A model generated the notes under the pieces. That model had not been told where the DNA came from, did no database searches, and saw only the letters and a program-made list of their open reading frames with translations. A stretch of DNA of 64,000 nt from Octopus sinensis. Taxonomy: Eukaryota. A program made the translations under genes and the position numbers. The DNA lies in contig NC_043009.1 in the NCBI RefSeq assembly GCF_006345805.1, positions 61,504,001 through 61,568,000 of the forward strand. Reading direction: 5' to 3'. Shown in pieces: positions 23,884-37,215 of this stretch; position 1 is the first letter of the stretch; each line of letters begins with the position of its first letter.

Positions 23884-24250
23884 AGTGGCTGTGTGGTAAG
23901 TAGCTTGCTTACCAACCACATGGTTCCAGGTTCAGTCCCACTGCGTGGCACCTTGAGCAAGTGTCTTCTACTATAGCCTCAGGCCGACCAAAGCCTTGTG
24001 AGTGGATTTGGAAGATGGAAACTGAAAGAAGCCTGTCGTATATATGTATATGTATATATATGTGTGTGTTTGTCCCCCACAACATCGCTTGACAACCGAT
24101 GTCCCCGTAACTTAGCAGTTCGGCAAAAGAGACGGATAGAATAAGTACTAGGCTCACAAAGAATAAGTCCTGGGGTTGATTTGCTCAACTAAAGGCGGTG
24201 CTCCAGCATGGCTGCAGTCAAATGACTGAAACAAGTAAAAGAGTAAAAGA
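23884..24250 (+). mobile_element. SINE family A, full length
   Basis: Complete head to gagtaaaagag tail. Confidence 0.9.
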
Positions 24251-24704
24251 GAGAGAGTAAGAGAGTGATCACTTGATCTGAAAAATCAGCAAATGTCTCT
24301 GTCTCTCAACAAACATCTGAAATCATAAACTCTATATTAAGTTCTAAATTTTAGAACATGTCCTACAATAAATATGGTTAGACCACTCATAAAACTTTCT
24401 AGTTTATTTTATGTGCTACTCCAGCTTTGCTATGCCTGTACATCAGGTTGATAATCCTGTTTGTTGAGTAATTTATCTTTGTCAGACTGATCTGTTCTAC
24501 CAGATTTGATCATTAGTATTTAACAATGTTATCAAGAGAAATTCCGAGAATAACCTAATTTCTATAATCATTCAGGCAATATTATCATTCTTTTAAAATC
24601 TCTTTTACAGCTTCTCAATGTTGGAATTTTTCTATTATTCAAAGAATATTTTGAGAATAATATGGTTGATGTATTCTTGTTAATATTATTTGAAAGTAAG
24701 GCAG

Positions 24705-24932
24705 CGAGCTGGCAGAAACATTAACACACCGGGCGAAATGCTTAGTGGTATTTTGTCTGTCTTTACGTTCTGAGTTCAAATTCTGCCGAGGTCGACTTTG
24801 CCTTTCATCCTTTTGGGGTCAATTAAATAAGTACCAGTTACGCACTGGGGTCGATGTAATCGACTTAATACCTATGTCTGTCCTTGTTTGTCCCCTCTAT
24901 GTTTAGCCCCTTGTGGGTAGTAAAGAAATAAG
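24705..24932 (+). mobile_element. SINE family E
   Basis: Matches 16285-16523 in reverse; partial tandem copy at ~24945-25080. Confidence 0.88.
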
Positions 24933-26439
24933 AACTACTAGCACAATGGACAAAATGCTTGGCAGCATTTTGTCTGTGTTCAAATACCACTGGGGTAAAT
25001 AAAATAAGTACCAGTTGCGTACTAGGGGCGATATAATCAACTAGCACCCTCCTCTGAAACTGCTGGCCTTGCGCCAAAATTTGGAACCAATATTATTTGA
25101 AAGTGACAGTTGGGTGTTTGAAATGTTAGAATATCTGACAAATTGCCATGACAATATTTAATTTTATGACCTCAAAGGTTGGTGTACAAGTTCCATAAGA
25201 AATCAATAGGTTTAGGAACAAGTGAGGAGAAAATATAACTGAGAAGATTGTCATGACATGGTTTCAGTCCAAAGTTGAATTCCTCACACATCTGTAAAAT
25301 GGTTAATGCCCTTGAGAAAAAAACAGGAATGCTATATAAAAATGTTGTGTGTTCTCTGAGACTAAATGTCTTGCATTATTCAGTTTTGTTTCTCTAGATT
25401 CTAGCTGCCAATCAAGATTAAACCTTGCCTTTCCTCCCTCAAGAATATAATAATAACCATAGAAAATAGAATCAATTCTTTCACAAAAACTGATACGGAA
25501 ATCAATGCTTTTCAGGGGAAATAAAAGTTGAGAAAATAACATTAAGGCTAAGAATTGTGAATTTCCATAACTTATTCTTTTTACCAAGTACATCTTTTCA
25601 ACAGCAGGGTTAAATGGATGTACTTGTTAAAGAAGTCAGGAGCAACAGTTTTTTTTTTTAGAAGTCATTGATTGAAATTCTTTCTTTATTTCTTTGCTTG
25701 CATCTTTGTTATATTTCAGTTCAGAATTGTTAAAAAAAGAAACTTTGATTCTTTTGAGTATTGCACTTTGTCTGAACTCTCTACAGTAAACACAATGTTA
25801 AGCTATTAATTCTTGACTTAAGAGCTTGTATAATATCACAATATCACAAGCATTTAATCTATACCTTTAGGCCAGTCACTCAACTACCACTTTCCTCAAA
25901 TTATCAGCCTCCAAAATAAAGATATTTATGGCAGGGAAAATGTGTGTGAGAGTGCTATGAAGGTAGTCTATAAATGTTGAAGCAATCATCTAAAAAGAGT
26001 TTTTGACTCCATGTTGAATCTAGAAGGCCTTATAGAAATAGCATTATTGCTGTGTAAATGTTAAATGAAATAATAATGATTCGGGGAAGAGAAAATAAAA
26101 TATGTTCGTTAAAAAATTCTTCCTAGTTGGCATTTTGGAGAGAAAATTTAATCAATTTATTCATTCTTGAAAAAAAATCCTTTTTACAACAGCCATCTTT
26201 TTTCCCCCCAACAACCGTCTGCTGAATATTTCAGTAACAAAGAAACATCTGGCAGAACAGCAAACATTGATCTGCATTTCATTTGCTAAAGACGTATATG
26301 TATTCGTTAGGTTTTCCTAATACCCGTTCTTGAGTTTTAATACCGAAATTGAAATTCAGAAGAGACGAATTAGAGAAGGGAAATAAATAATGGTTATTAA
26401 TCTTTTCCCCCAAACCTAAAAATAACAAATAGTCATTTG

Positions 26440-26490
26440 TCTAACAAGGGAGACAACTCTGAGCCTGTTAGATGGCGGCAAGTGGTGGTG
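26440..26490. promoter_or_regulatory. Putative promoter element (YY1-like AGATGGCGGC)
   Basis: AGATGGCGGC at 26470-26479 in a CpG-containing, repeat-free patch. Confidence 0.35.
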
Positions 26491-26932
26491 AAGCCATTTA
26501 TTATATACGTTCACCAGTCACTCCTATTAAAATATCGTTTTATTACACATTTTCGACTTTATTCGGTCGTTTTCCCTACTCTTTATTATTTTCAAAAAAT
26601 AAATCATTAATCTAAGTATACATATGAGAAAATAAAAGACAATTTAAGAACGATTTCAGTTGCTTTATGGTATTTGTATGTGTGTATGTTTTTTAGATTT
26701 TAGAAACTGTTTTTTAGAGGCTGACGACATGTGTTCTTATTACTCACACATTCTGACTGAATTTCTGATTAAGGCGGTTAGGTTAGAGGAGAATAGAGAT
26801 TGAAGTATGGAAGCTAGGAAACATTTTTTAAAAAATAAAATAATCGAAAACAGGTCATTTAATAATATTTTATATAAAATATTCAAGAATGAATACACAT
26901 TTTTTAAATATAATTATTTATACCAATATATG

Positions 26933-26990
<58 letters not shown>

Positions 26991-27869
26991 TGTTATATTG
27001 TTCATATGAAAAATTTCATTATAATTCTGAAGTCTGGTTATAAAACCTTGATGGAAAAATTTGACCATTATATTTTATTTCTACATATTTTCTCCCCATC
27101 TGCCTTGAACAAACAAGGAAACATATAAAGAAGGAAGTCTGTAGTTTAATATATGTCGATTAAAAAAAAGAAATATTTTCAGCAAATAGTCTTAAAATGT
27201 AAAGAAGTAATTTATGAAGGAATGGTTAAAGGGAACGAATTATTACAGGATTTTAAACAGATTTACGCAATTATAACGTGTCACTTTAGCTCTATTCTAG
27301 TCAATTCTTTTCTCCCCTTCCTTTTTTGTTCTCCATCTGGAGATTACCAGACTAAATTTACAGTTTGAGGCAAAAAATAAAACTAAATAGAGGAAGGAAG
27401 TAGCTTTATTCTTACTATTATCATTATTATAATTTTGAAATTAAGAGAGGATGAGTTAATTAATCACAAAGCACACAGACACACACACATATATATATAT
27501 ATATGTAAATTTATATATATATATATATGTTTGTGTGTGTGTGTGTGTGTATAAATGATTTCTGAATCCCCAATTTATTGACTGATTAATTCTAGTTTCG
27601 CTTGAGCCCCTTCAAAGTTTTGAGCTCTTGCTGACCGGCGACAAGCACAAAATATATGTATGTGTGTTTATCAATAAAAACGGTGTGTTTATGAATTTCG
27701 TGTCTTCACACTTATAGGCGTATGTGCTGTATGTGTATGTATATGTGTGCGTGTGTGTGTGTGTTTCAGCGGAGCCACATCGGCCCAGACACATACACAC
27801 ACACACACACGCATATACGCGCAAAGGCAGCAGATAGAAACACATGAGTTACACACTAACACACACACT

Positions 27870-27959
27870 AATTGACGCACATGCGCAATTTCATATCCTA
27901 TGCGATCATGGCGTCGATGGAATGACTTTCCTATTTCATTTTGAGGATATTTGGTAAGT
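27870..27959 (+). promoter_or_regulatory. Putative promoter and short first exon with 5' splice site
   Basis: NRF1-like GCACATGCGC at 27877-27886, CpG cluster, TTG|GTAAGT donor at 27954-27959. Confidence 0.45.
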
Positions 27960-28044
27960 AATGTTTGTTTCAAATCGATATACAGACTTAAGAAAAAACA
28001 AGTAGAAACATTGACAATTCAGCGGTGCCCGGTCTTATAAACTA

Positions 28045-29240
28045 TTGTCCAGTCTGACATTTTTTCCTTTTCAGTTTTTCTCTGCACATAAGACACTTGG
28101 AAAAAATTTTTTTTGTCTCCCTTCCTACCTCTGTCTCTTTCTCTCTCCTCTTTCTTATTTATCCTTATCTTCATTCCCCCTCTCTCTTATATATCCTTAT
28201 CTCTATTTTCCCCCTCTCTCTTATTCATCTATCTCTCTTTTCCCCCCTCACTATCACGCCCTTTTCTTCCTATCTCTCTCTATATTTTCTTTTTTCTCTA
28301 TTTCCGTTTCTTATCTTTGTCTCATTTCTCCCTTTTCTTTGTCTCATTTTTTCCTCTCATCTCCCTCAATATATCTCCACATCTATATATCTCTTCCTCT
28401 TTTTATCCTTTGTCATTCTCCCCTATCCCTTTCAGACCCCTTTACTCCTTTATTCTTTCCGGTGTTTTGCTGTTTCCCTCTCTCATACTTTCTTTTCCTC
28501 TCTTAACCATTATTAAAATCTATCCTCTCACTCCTCCCCGTCTTTCTCTCTCTCTCCCTTGTGTCTCTTCTCCAGCTTTGTCTCTACTTTCCTCCCTTCC
28601 TCTCTCTCACTCTTTCTTTGTTTCATCTCTCCGTCTATCCTTTCCTCCCTCTCTCTGTCTGTCTCTGTCTATCCTTTCCTCCCTCTCTGTCTGTCTCTGT
28701 CTATCCTTTCCTCCCTCTCTCTGTCTATCCTTTCCTCTCTCTCTCTGTCTGTTTCCGTCTATCCTTTCCTCCCTCTCTCTGTCTGTTTCTGTCTATCCTT
28801 TTCTCCCTCTCTCTGTCTCATTCTCTCCGTCTATCCTTTCCTCCCTCTCTCTGGTTCTTTGTCTCGGTCTATCCTTTCCTCTCTCTATGTCTCATTCTCT
28901 CCCTCTATCCTTTCCTTCCTCTCGCTGTCTTTCACCCTCCCCGTCTCTAACCTTCCCCCATGTCTCTTATTTACTTTCTCTTTCTTTCCTTTACTCTCTT
29001 CCTCACTCTCTTTCTGGTCATTACCTTTCTATCTCTTCCCTCCCCCACTAATTCTTTCATCTCTCACCTTTCTCTCCTCACTCTACTTGTCCTTCTCTTC
29101 CTCTTTCACTCTCACTCTCTCACTCATTACCCTTTTCTTTCTCTCTCTATCAATTCTCCATCCTCCCTTCTTCTCCCTCTCTCTCATTATTTATCATTAT
29201 ATTCGATCTAGCGCCTTCACATCTCTTCCGTTAAACCCAC
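28045..29240 (+). repeat. ~1.2 kb polypyrimidine (CT-rich) tract with internal minisatellite
   Basis: Near absence of G and low A; about 9 copies of a ~30-38 bp unit containing CTATCCTT at 28628-28920. Confidence 0.95.
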
Positions 29241-29458
29241 CCTTCCATCGTTCCATTCCAATCCACCTTAATCAAATACCCACCTCCTCTCCTACAGTAG
29301 CCCCACCAACTAACCGGCCGCGACTCCTTCAGATCGAACCTTTGCCGTTTCGATCTTCTTGACAACGGTCGTTACTCTTATCCCCCTCCCTATCTCCACT
29401 GTTGCTCTCTTGTGTGTGTATGTGTGTGGTATGTATGTATCTATGCATGTGTAATATA

Positions 29459-29501
<43 letters not shown>

Positions 29502-29827
29502 TACGTAAGACTCCAGTAATCATTTATAAAACGACTCCAGTCGAACATCATTACCACCAGCCACCAGGAGGGGACGACCAACGGACTCACTCCTACCTGG
29601 TACTTCACAAACGTGTTCTAATAGTTGCAGCAACTAAAGCTGGTTACTTTGTACTTTGTCACTTGTTATCTCTCACACCTCAGTCTTCTGGCTTTTGTTT
29701 TGATGACTGATTTTCTCTCTTATTCTATCTATCTATCTATCTATCTATCACATACAAATGTAATATGTATATATTTGCATATATATATATATATATATAT
29801 ATACATACATACATATATACATACATA

Positions 29828-29858
<31 letters not shown>

Positions 29859-30644
29859 CCGGAGTAAACACATAAATGTGAAACAAGGTGGAAAAAAGAG
29901 TACTCAAATATATATATATATATATTATTACATTATATAAAAGGGCTTAGTAAAATAAATTACTTTGCCACATACTGAACTCATTAGAAATAGTAGCTAA
30001 AAAAACTTTTTAAAAACTATATATATATATACGTGTGTATATATTTGTATAAATATACACGTGTATATACGTGTGTGCATATATGTGTGTGTATATACAT
30101 GTGTATCTGCGGTACACTACACACACACAAATATTCAAACAGCTCACATTAATCTCCGGATATATATATATATATAAGAAAGAGCGATATATCAAACTGA
30201 ATTTCTCATGACCAATATCTAAATTCAACATCAGTTATTCCCAATAAGTTTACAAGAATCCTGTGTGTGTGTCTCTATCTGGCTGGTCTCTGGGAAGTTA
30301 TCTGAAGTTAATCCGACTGTTAGCTAACCACAGCTGTCAATAATAATAGTTACACTATGACAATAATGTCAATTATAGCATAACGAAAACATCAGCTACC
30401 GACTTCCGCATACATCATCCAACGACCCCCACATCATACACTTCACTTCAACGTTATAAAATACCCCCTTATATCTTTTTGTACGGTATCGACTACCCCA
30501 CTACTGCTGCTGCTCATATATCTTACTTCTCATGAAGAATCCAACCCTTATTTTTTATTATTATTACTAAAACATCGCCTTACCCACACATCAGTACTAT
30601 GAAATCAACTAACCCCTCAGACATCTCTATCAATTCAATTTATA

Positions 30645-31031
30645 CAGTCATGGGGAAATTTGCGGCCCGTGGGACTGTCTAACATGCGGCTCGCTTTTCG
30701 TAACCTGAAATACTCCCTTTTCATACAACAGTAACTGGTACATTAAATATCCCTGCTCAAACATCACCTACACACCATACATAACTATTATAACATTAAC
30801 CACTTCCCCATACACCAACTCTTTATAATCACCTACTTAATTGCCATACATTTGTAGTATAACATCAACTGCCACCCATACATTATTACTTTAACATAAA
30901 CTAGTCTTAGTAAGGCAAACTGCAGCCCGCTGGACTTTCTGAATAAGCACGCCTAACGAAAAATTTACCTTGAATTTTTCGAGAGCCCTGTCTCAGGCAG
31001 CCCGCTTCTCGAAAAAGGTTGCCCATATCTG
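30645..31031. mobile_element. hAT-like MITE remnants (gcggcccg type)
   Basis: Left cagtcatggggaaatttgcggcccgtggg, right aaaaaggttgcccatatctg; no matching 8-bp TSD. Confidence 0.5.
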
Positions 31032-31570
31032 AGATAGACGATTCCTCTACTCATTAATTACCGTTAAAACAAACTACCCCTCACATCACGAACTCGTTTC
31101 CCCATACACATTTTATTATAACATCAATTACACCTCATACATGTCTACCACATTAACCATCAACTACCCTCTTCATACATTACTACTCTAACAATACTGG
31201 CCTATTCTCATTCATCACCATGGCAAATAACTCCCCTTCGTACCTCACCATTATAACAAACTATCCCCACATATATCACAACTGTACACACAAAAACTAT
31301 AGCATAAACTCTCCCATTCACTCACATTTACTGCTCCCCACACATCAGTACATCAACTATTCCCCTATCACTACAAATCAGCTATATGCTCACATATATA
31401 CATACACCACACATATCTCACTTCAAAATCAACTACCCCTCCCAACAAATATATTTACAACATTAACTATCTCCCAAACACATTACAACTACCTCACACG
31501 CACACTGTTACACCAACTACATCCCATATACACCACCCTATGTACCATACAACATCCCCTACCTACCTAC
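30760..31570 (+). repeat. Degenerate A/C-rich minisatellite (~30 bp unit like cattactataacatcaactaccccatac)
   Basis: Recurring aacatcaacta and ccccatac motifs; strongly G-depleted strand. Confidence 0.6.
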
Positions 31571-31619
31571 CTACTTAGGGGACATCTGAGGGTGCTCGTC
31601 CTATTAGAAATAACAACCA

Positions 31620-31780
31620 ACTATCCCCCCAAATAGCACCCTACTTTTTACACGGATAAAAGGAAGCATCGCATAATGTAGTCATGAACTTGGATGGGTT
31701 GGTCGCGGCTAGATCGCTTTTGCTCCTCACATGGCTACTCGGTCAGGGTATATTTAGGGCTAAGCACATTCTCTAACATC
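31620..31780 (+). mobile_element. Decayed SINE-tail family G
   Basis: aaatagcaccctac...aaggaagcatcgcataatgtagtc; related copies at ~11200, 39430, 40740, 43960, 50520, 60250, 60880, 61340. Confidence 0.55.
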
Positions 31781-32214
31781 AGTTTAGACTCTCCCGCAGG
31801 CTATCGTTACTTTCCTCACTGAAAATCCAGCCGAATAGTCGAGCTTCTCATAAATACATGTTGCTTCCCGTAATAAACGTATGTTTTATATAATATAATA
31901 TATAATAATATAATCTAAGGAATTGGGAATCGATCCCCAGCCAGCTAAGATTGCGGCCCGGTTTCCATTTCCAGTTAAATATATTTCACCCCAAGATCTC
32001 AGTCCTGTCCTTTAGATGCATGTATATGAATAAATTCCATTTCCCTGTGTACCTTTAAAATGTTGAGGTTTTGTGTGCCTGTAATAAAGGAAAGAGGTTT
32101 ACATATCGTAACCCTAACCTTTTTCGTTTCTGAACACAAAGGAAGCAGTAAAAAAAAACGAAAAAAACCTCTAGCTATTAGAAATAATCTATAAAATAAA
32201 TTGTTTGCTGAGAA

Positions 32215-32241
32215 TGTGTGTGTGTATATATATATATATGC

Positions 32242-32272
<31 letters not shown>

Positions 32273-32274
32273 GC

Positions 32275-32321
<47 letters not shown>

Positions 32322-32346
32322 TGTATATATGTATACATATATATGC

Positions 32347-32381
<35 letters not shown>

Positions 32382-32500
32382 TGTATATATGTATACATAT
32401 ATATGCGTATATATATATATATACATATATATGCGTGTATATATATAATGTATATATATATATATAGATATAATATATATATATATATATATATACATAC
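32215..32500. repeat. Compound (TA)n microsatellite with TGCGTG interruptions
   Basis: Directly visible; other long TA/TG arrays at 26933-26990, 29450-29500, 33230-33430, 48250-48640, 49000-49200. Confidence 0.97.
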
Positions 32501-32981
32501 ACGACGAAATCAGGCTTTGAACCCGTTTCAGCTCCCAATTAGAATGGCATTCATTTCCGCTTCTCATATTTTGGGGAAAGGCATAAACGTTACAACAGCC
32601 TGTTTTCTGTTAGAAAATATCTCAAGCTTTTCAGAGGATTTTTTTTAATTATCCATTTATCTTTTTTTTGCTTCCCTAAAATTCATATGGTTTATATATT
32701 TTTTAATTTTTGCTTCATATTAAAACATTCTTTATGATGTATAAATATATATATATATATATATCATATGAGGAAAAAATATCTTGAAAGTCTTTCTTGT
32801 TTTATTTATTAACTTATTAAATTGCGCGGGTAGAAGAAGACTTGTTTTCCTGCCTGCTATTTTTCTCTTCTGTCTTTCCCCTGCTTTGCCTTGGCTGTGT
32901 ATGAGTAAGTTTTGCGTGTGTGTCTGGTGGGAATGTGTTTTGAAAAGCCTTGCTCTACGTACTGAAATGAAAATGGGTCAT

Positions 32982-32997
32982 CACTGACTGAACTGAC
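32982..32997 (-). promoter_or_regulatory. Initiator-like cluster (TCAGTT/TCAGTC/TCAGTG)
   Basis: - strand GTCAGTTCAGTCAGTG, tandem TCAKTY-like motifs next to a GA-rich tract. Confidence 0.4.
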
Positions 32998-33268
32998 ATG
33001 AGTGAGAGCGTGATCCGAACCAAAGCTCTTTCTCTTTCTATCTCTCTCTCTCTTTCTATCCACTTCTCTGCTTCAACCACTGTTAACTACTACCACCATA
33101 CTATTTCCTGCTATTCCTACTCCTCTTTCTTCACCTTTTGTTCTTCGTACGTTCGCTCGATCGCACATTGTTTTTTCATTAAAACATTTACTAATTTATA
33201 CAAGTCATGTGTGTGTCTGTATATACACTGCATTATATATATAAATATATATATTTATATATACCTAC

Positions 33269-33309
<41 letters not shown>

Positions 33310-34399
33310 CGCACTCAAATGCATCATATATTATATACATATATTTTCTATATATATATATATGTATATTTTAAATAAATAAATATATATATACACACAT
33401 AAATATATACGTGTGTGTGTGTGTGTGTATATAAAATTTATAATGGAAAATATCCGAGAGAAGCCCGCCCGGGGTAAAACAATTTAGCGTGTGTGTGTGT
33501 GTCTGTGTGTTCTATACAACAGAAACCGACGAAAATGGGTCAGGCTGAGATATAACCAATCGGCACGTTTTTTTTTTCCTCCTATCCTGCTTTTGTGTTG
33601 GTTATATTTATTTATCACACACACACATACTACACAATTATATATATTATATTATATTTATATATATATAGGCGCAATAATAGGTAATATATATTTAATA
33701 GATATTTTGCTTCGTGAGATCTGAAGTGTGTTTCAATTAATTGAGGGAAAAATACTGTGCGACGGGGAACCCAAGTTACAGCAGAGAAAAACCCTTCACT
33801 TCTCTGCATATAGAGAATAATGTGGTGATAGTTAGTTATAAAGTAAAATGCACCCTAAAACATGTTAGAAAGTAGGGGTTGGTGGTGGTTTATTATTAAT
33901 AATTGTAATTATATTTAATAATAAAAAAACAAAAAGGCCCTTCCTCTACCCACTCTTAAAGTCAAAGTGAGTGCCGAGTCGCTTCCGTCGATTGATTTGT
34001 CTTTCTCAACCATGTGATATGGTGAAAGCTCTCTGTGTAATGTGTGTTTGTGTGTGTGTCGGTTTTTCAGAAATGTGGCCAATATGTTGGCTCTGGTTGC
34101 TGACTGTTTGATAAAGAGATAGCGACTGAGTGCGGTAGAGGCAGAGAAACAGCTCGATATATAGTGTAAAGTATGGTGGTGGTGGTGGAATGGACTGGGA
34201 GAAAGAAGAACCGATAAAGAGAAGAGAAAATAGCAAGATTTACAGGCACACACACATATATATATATATACACATATATATATATATATATACACATATA
34301 TATATGTATGTATGTGTGTTGGTTAAATGGAAAATAAAGATTGAGCGTTGTTGGAGTAGATTAGTAAACAGTGGTGATGGTGGTGGTGGGGGGAAAGTA

Positions 34400-35311
34400 G
34401 GTAGAGATAGAGTGAGAGTTTGTTTGTCGGCAGCGAGGGGGGGGAAGGAAGAGAGAGATGTGCTTGCCGATAGACAGAGAGGTAATAAGAGAGGATTGGT
34501 GGGAGAAGTAGCTAGATAGAGTGATGGTTAGTACGGAGTAGTGGGAGGAAATAGCTAGATAGATGTTATGCTTGGTTATATAGACAGCTAGATAAATAGG
34601 AAGGAGTAGTAGTGAGAGAAATAATAATAGCTAGAGGTAAATAGTGACGAATAGATGGTAAGTGTTGGTAACTGGAGATAGCGTGAGTGTAGTGTGTATG
34701 TATCTATGTAAATATTATATATATATATATATTTCGTATTACTCCTTAATACATATTTTACGAATTTAGTAAGGGTGATCGAAGAACAGTATGAGGGAGT
34801 AAAGTATGTAAGATTGTTAGGGAGGCGGTAATAGCTTGAATCATAGGTAATGAGTGAAATAGCTTGCTTATTGCCGAATTAGAGTGAGTGAGATATCGTC
34901 TGCAAACACTAGAAAATATGAGTGAGTGAGAGAAGGAAAGAGTATAATAACAGATTGTAGGTGAGATTTTATATGAGGGAGAGAGAGAGTAAAGCTAGAT
35001 AGATAAGGTAAGACGGTAGAGAAATATTCTGAGTGAAAGGGTTTTGAAGCAAGAAGGGAACGTAGAAATGTGCTGAGTGACAAGATAAAGAGAGCGGAAT
35101 GGAGACGTAGTATGGGTGAGAGAAAGAATAGTCTGAGTAGGGAATGTATGAGAGAGAGAGAGAGAGATTAAGAAATATGTTGCTGGGAATTGAATAAATA
35201 GTTGTTAGAGAGGAGGGTGTGTTCACATAGAATAAAAAATACTATAAAGTATCTTGAGTGAGAGTTGATTAGAGATAGTTAGAGAGGATTATCTACCTAT
35301 CTATCTATCTA

Positions 35312-35347
<36 letters not shown>

Positions 35348-36000
35348 CACGTACATATATATAATCTCACCCCTCTCTATCTCCAATGTGTATTGTGTGT
35401 GTGTGTGTATATATATAGATATATAGTGAGAAGCGAGAGAGAAATAACACTATATTATGATAGAGAGGTAGGATGATAGGATGAAAGAGACATCAATCAA
35501 ATAGAGTGATTAATGAAGCATTAGAAATGAGAAATATAAATAGAGACGAGGAGAGAGATAGCATTGCTTGTAGAACTGGTAAGAGATAAATGAGGGTGCC
35601 AAGGAAAAAGATTAAAAGTAGTGCTGAAAGGAGGGAGAGATAAAGAGAACATTAGCGAGAAAGAAGTGGAAAGTGAGAGATTACAAGGAACGCTAGAGAG
35701 AGAGGATATATAGAGTGAGGGATAGAGGAGGAGAAGAGAAACTCGATTGGGAGAGGAGGAAAGAGTGATAAAAGTACGGAGAGAGAAGGCGGATTACAGA
35801 GTATACAGAGAGAGAGAGCGAGTGGATGTTAGAGAGTATATAGAGAGTGAGAGCGAGTGGATATTACAGAGTATACAGAGAGAGAGAGAGAGAGAGAGAG
35901 AGTGTGTGAGTGGATGTTAGAGAGTATATAGAGAGAGTGAGTGAGTGGATATTAGAGAGTAACAGATGTATAGAGCGGGGGGGTTAAGGAGAGTGCAAGC
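34400..36000 (+). repeat. Purine-rich (GA) low-complexity tract with degenerate tandem repeats
   Basis: C-depleted; gagtggat(g/a)ttagagagtatatagag units at 35800-35960. Confidence 0.9.
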
Positions 36001-36073
36001 TAGAAGGAAGGGTGATTAAGTGAGTGAAGCTTGCCTGCTGCTTGGCTGGCACGTCGGGAACGTAGTACTAGTT

Positions 36074-36201
36074 TATAATAAAACACCAAGGTTGCCTTAG
36101 TCGACGACCAGACAAATGGTGGGTTGAGTGGAACAACACTTTATACTACTGTTACTGACGACGACGACGTTGCTTCTACCTTCTCGCTGTGGAAAGTAAG
36201 T
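36074..36201 (+). promoter_or_regulatory. Putative TATA promoter and non-coding first exon
   Basis: TATAATAAAA at 36074-36083, CpG-rich exon-like stretch with an in-frame upstream stop and no usable ATG, AAA|GTAAGT donor at 36196-36201. Confidence 0.45.
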
Positions 36202-37079
36202 TTGTGGCTTGCTTTGACTTTTTTCTATTTATTTATTTATTTTCTGTTCCATGTATCTCTCCTCTCCTCTCTTCTCTCATTCTGCTTTTCTTTATTGTCG
36301 CCCTTAATAATAAGAAGTGGAGGAGCAGAAGGCGGCGGCGGCTTGTTGCCGGCTTGTTTTAAACGGTGATCACAAGAGATCTGTGACAGAAAACGGTCAT
36401 TTATTATCATCGTCACCAACAAGTACCACCACTAGCACACGAACATCAACAACAGTACCACTAGCATTACCGACCACCACTACTACCAACTAGCACCAAC
36501 ACTACAATCTCCTATCTCATCTGTCCCAAATTGACCTCTCTCTCTCTCTCTCTCTCTCTGTTCCCTCCATGTTGGTCCTCCATGTGATGATGTGAGCTAC
36601 ATAACAATGTTGCATGTATACGTGCGTGTGTGTGTGTATATAGTGGGGTCTATCGAAACAGGAATATGTTTTAGCAAAAAAGTCTAAGTACGCAGATTGA
36701 TTTTATATTTTTTTACAAACAGTCTTGAGACAGAGAGAGAAAGAGAAAGAGAGAGAATGAGTGATGTAGGTAGCAAAAAGCAAGACTTAGATATATTTAA
36801 TATTTAAGGGGTTGAAAAGAAAGGACTGATTTCTTTTAAACGAAAGATGTTAATGAACAAGGGTGCCGGAGGGAAAAAGAAAGCATGTTTTTTTCTTCCT
36901 CTCTCTCTCTGTAGCGTGGTGGTTCTATGATTTAGTCGTTTTGATTATTTACAACGAATCTCTTTATATATATATATATATAATATCGCTTCTCTCGTCT
37001 TCCTCTCACTCAATCTTCTCACTCTATCGCTATTTCTCTCTCTTTCACTTCCTTTCCTCTCTCTCTCTCTCTCCGTTTC

Positions 37080-37215
37080 TTTTACATACTCCCATCCCTC
37101 TCTATCCTCCCACCCTCCGTCTCTGTCTTTACATACTCCCATCCCTCTCTATCCTCCCACCCTCGGTCTCTCTCTGTCTTTATATATTCTCATCCCTCTC
37201 TATCCTCCCACATTC
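37080..37215 (+). repeat. Three-copy ~47-51 bp minisatellite
   Basis: catactcccatccctctctatcctcccaccctc(c/g)gtctctgtcttta repeated. Confidence 0.9.

Noticed and set aside
18070-25622. Phase-compatible chain of small - strand exons (~25585-25622, ~23205-23310, ~18070-18090) feeding the 11122 exon
   Set aside because: Phases can match by chance and splice sites are weak; over-fitting without transcript data.
25719-25779. TATTGCAC (miR-92 seed) within an AGTTCAGA/TCTGAACT stem
   Set aside because: Large asymmetric internal loop; the remainder does not match miR-92.
28045-29362. Long ORFs up to 312 aa (LSLS/SFPP-rich)
   Set aside because: Artefacts of a polypyrimidine tract that lacks stop codons; open in all three frames.
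32178-32648. YIYI/VCVC ORFs (also ~7400, 26800, 33000, 48200-49300)
   Set aside because: Translations of TA/TG microsatellites.
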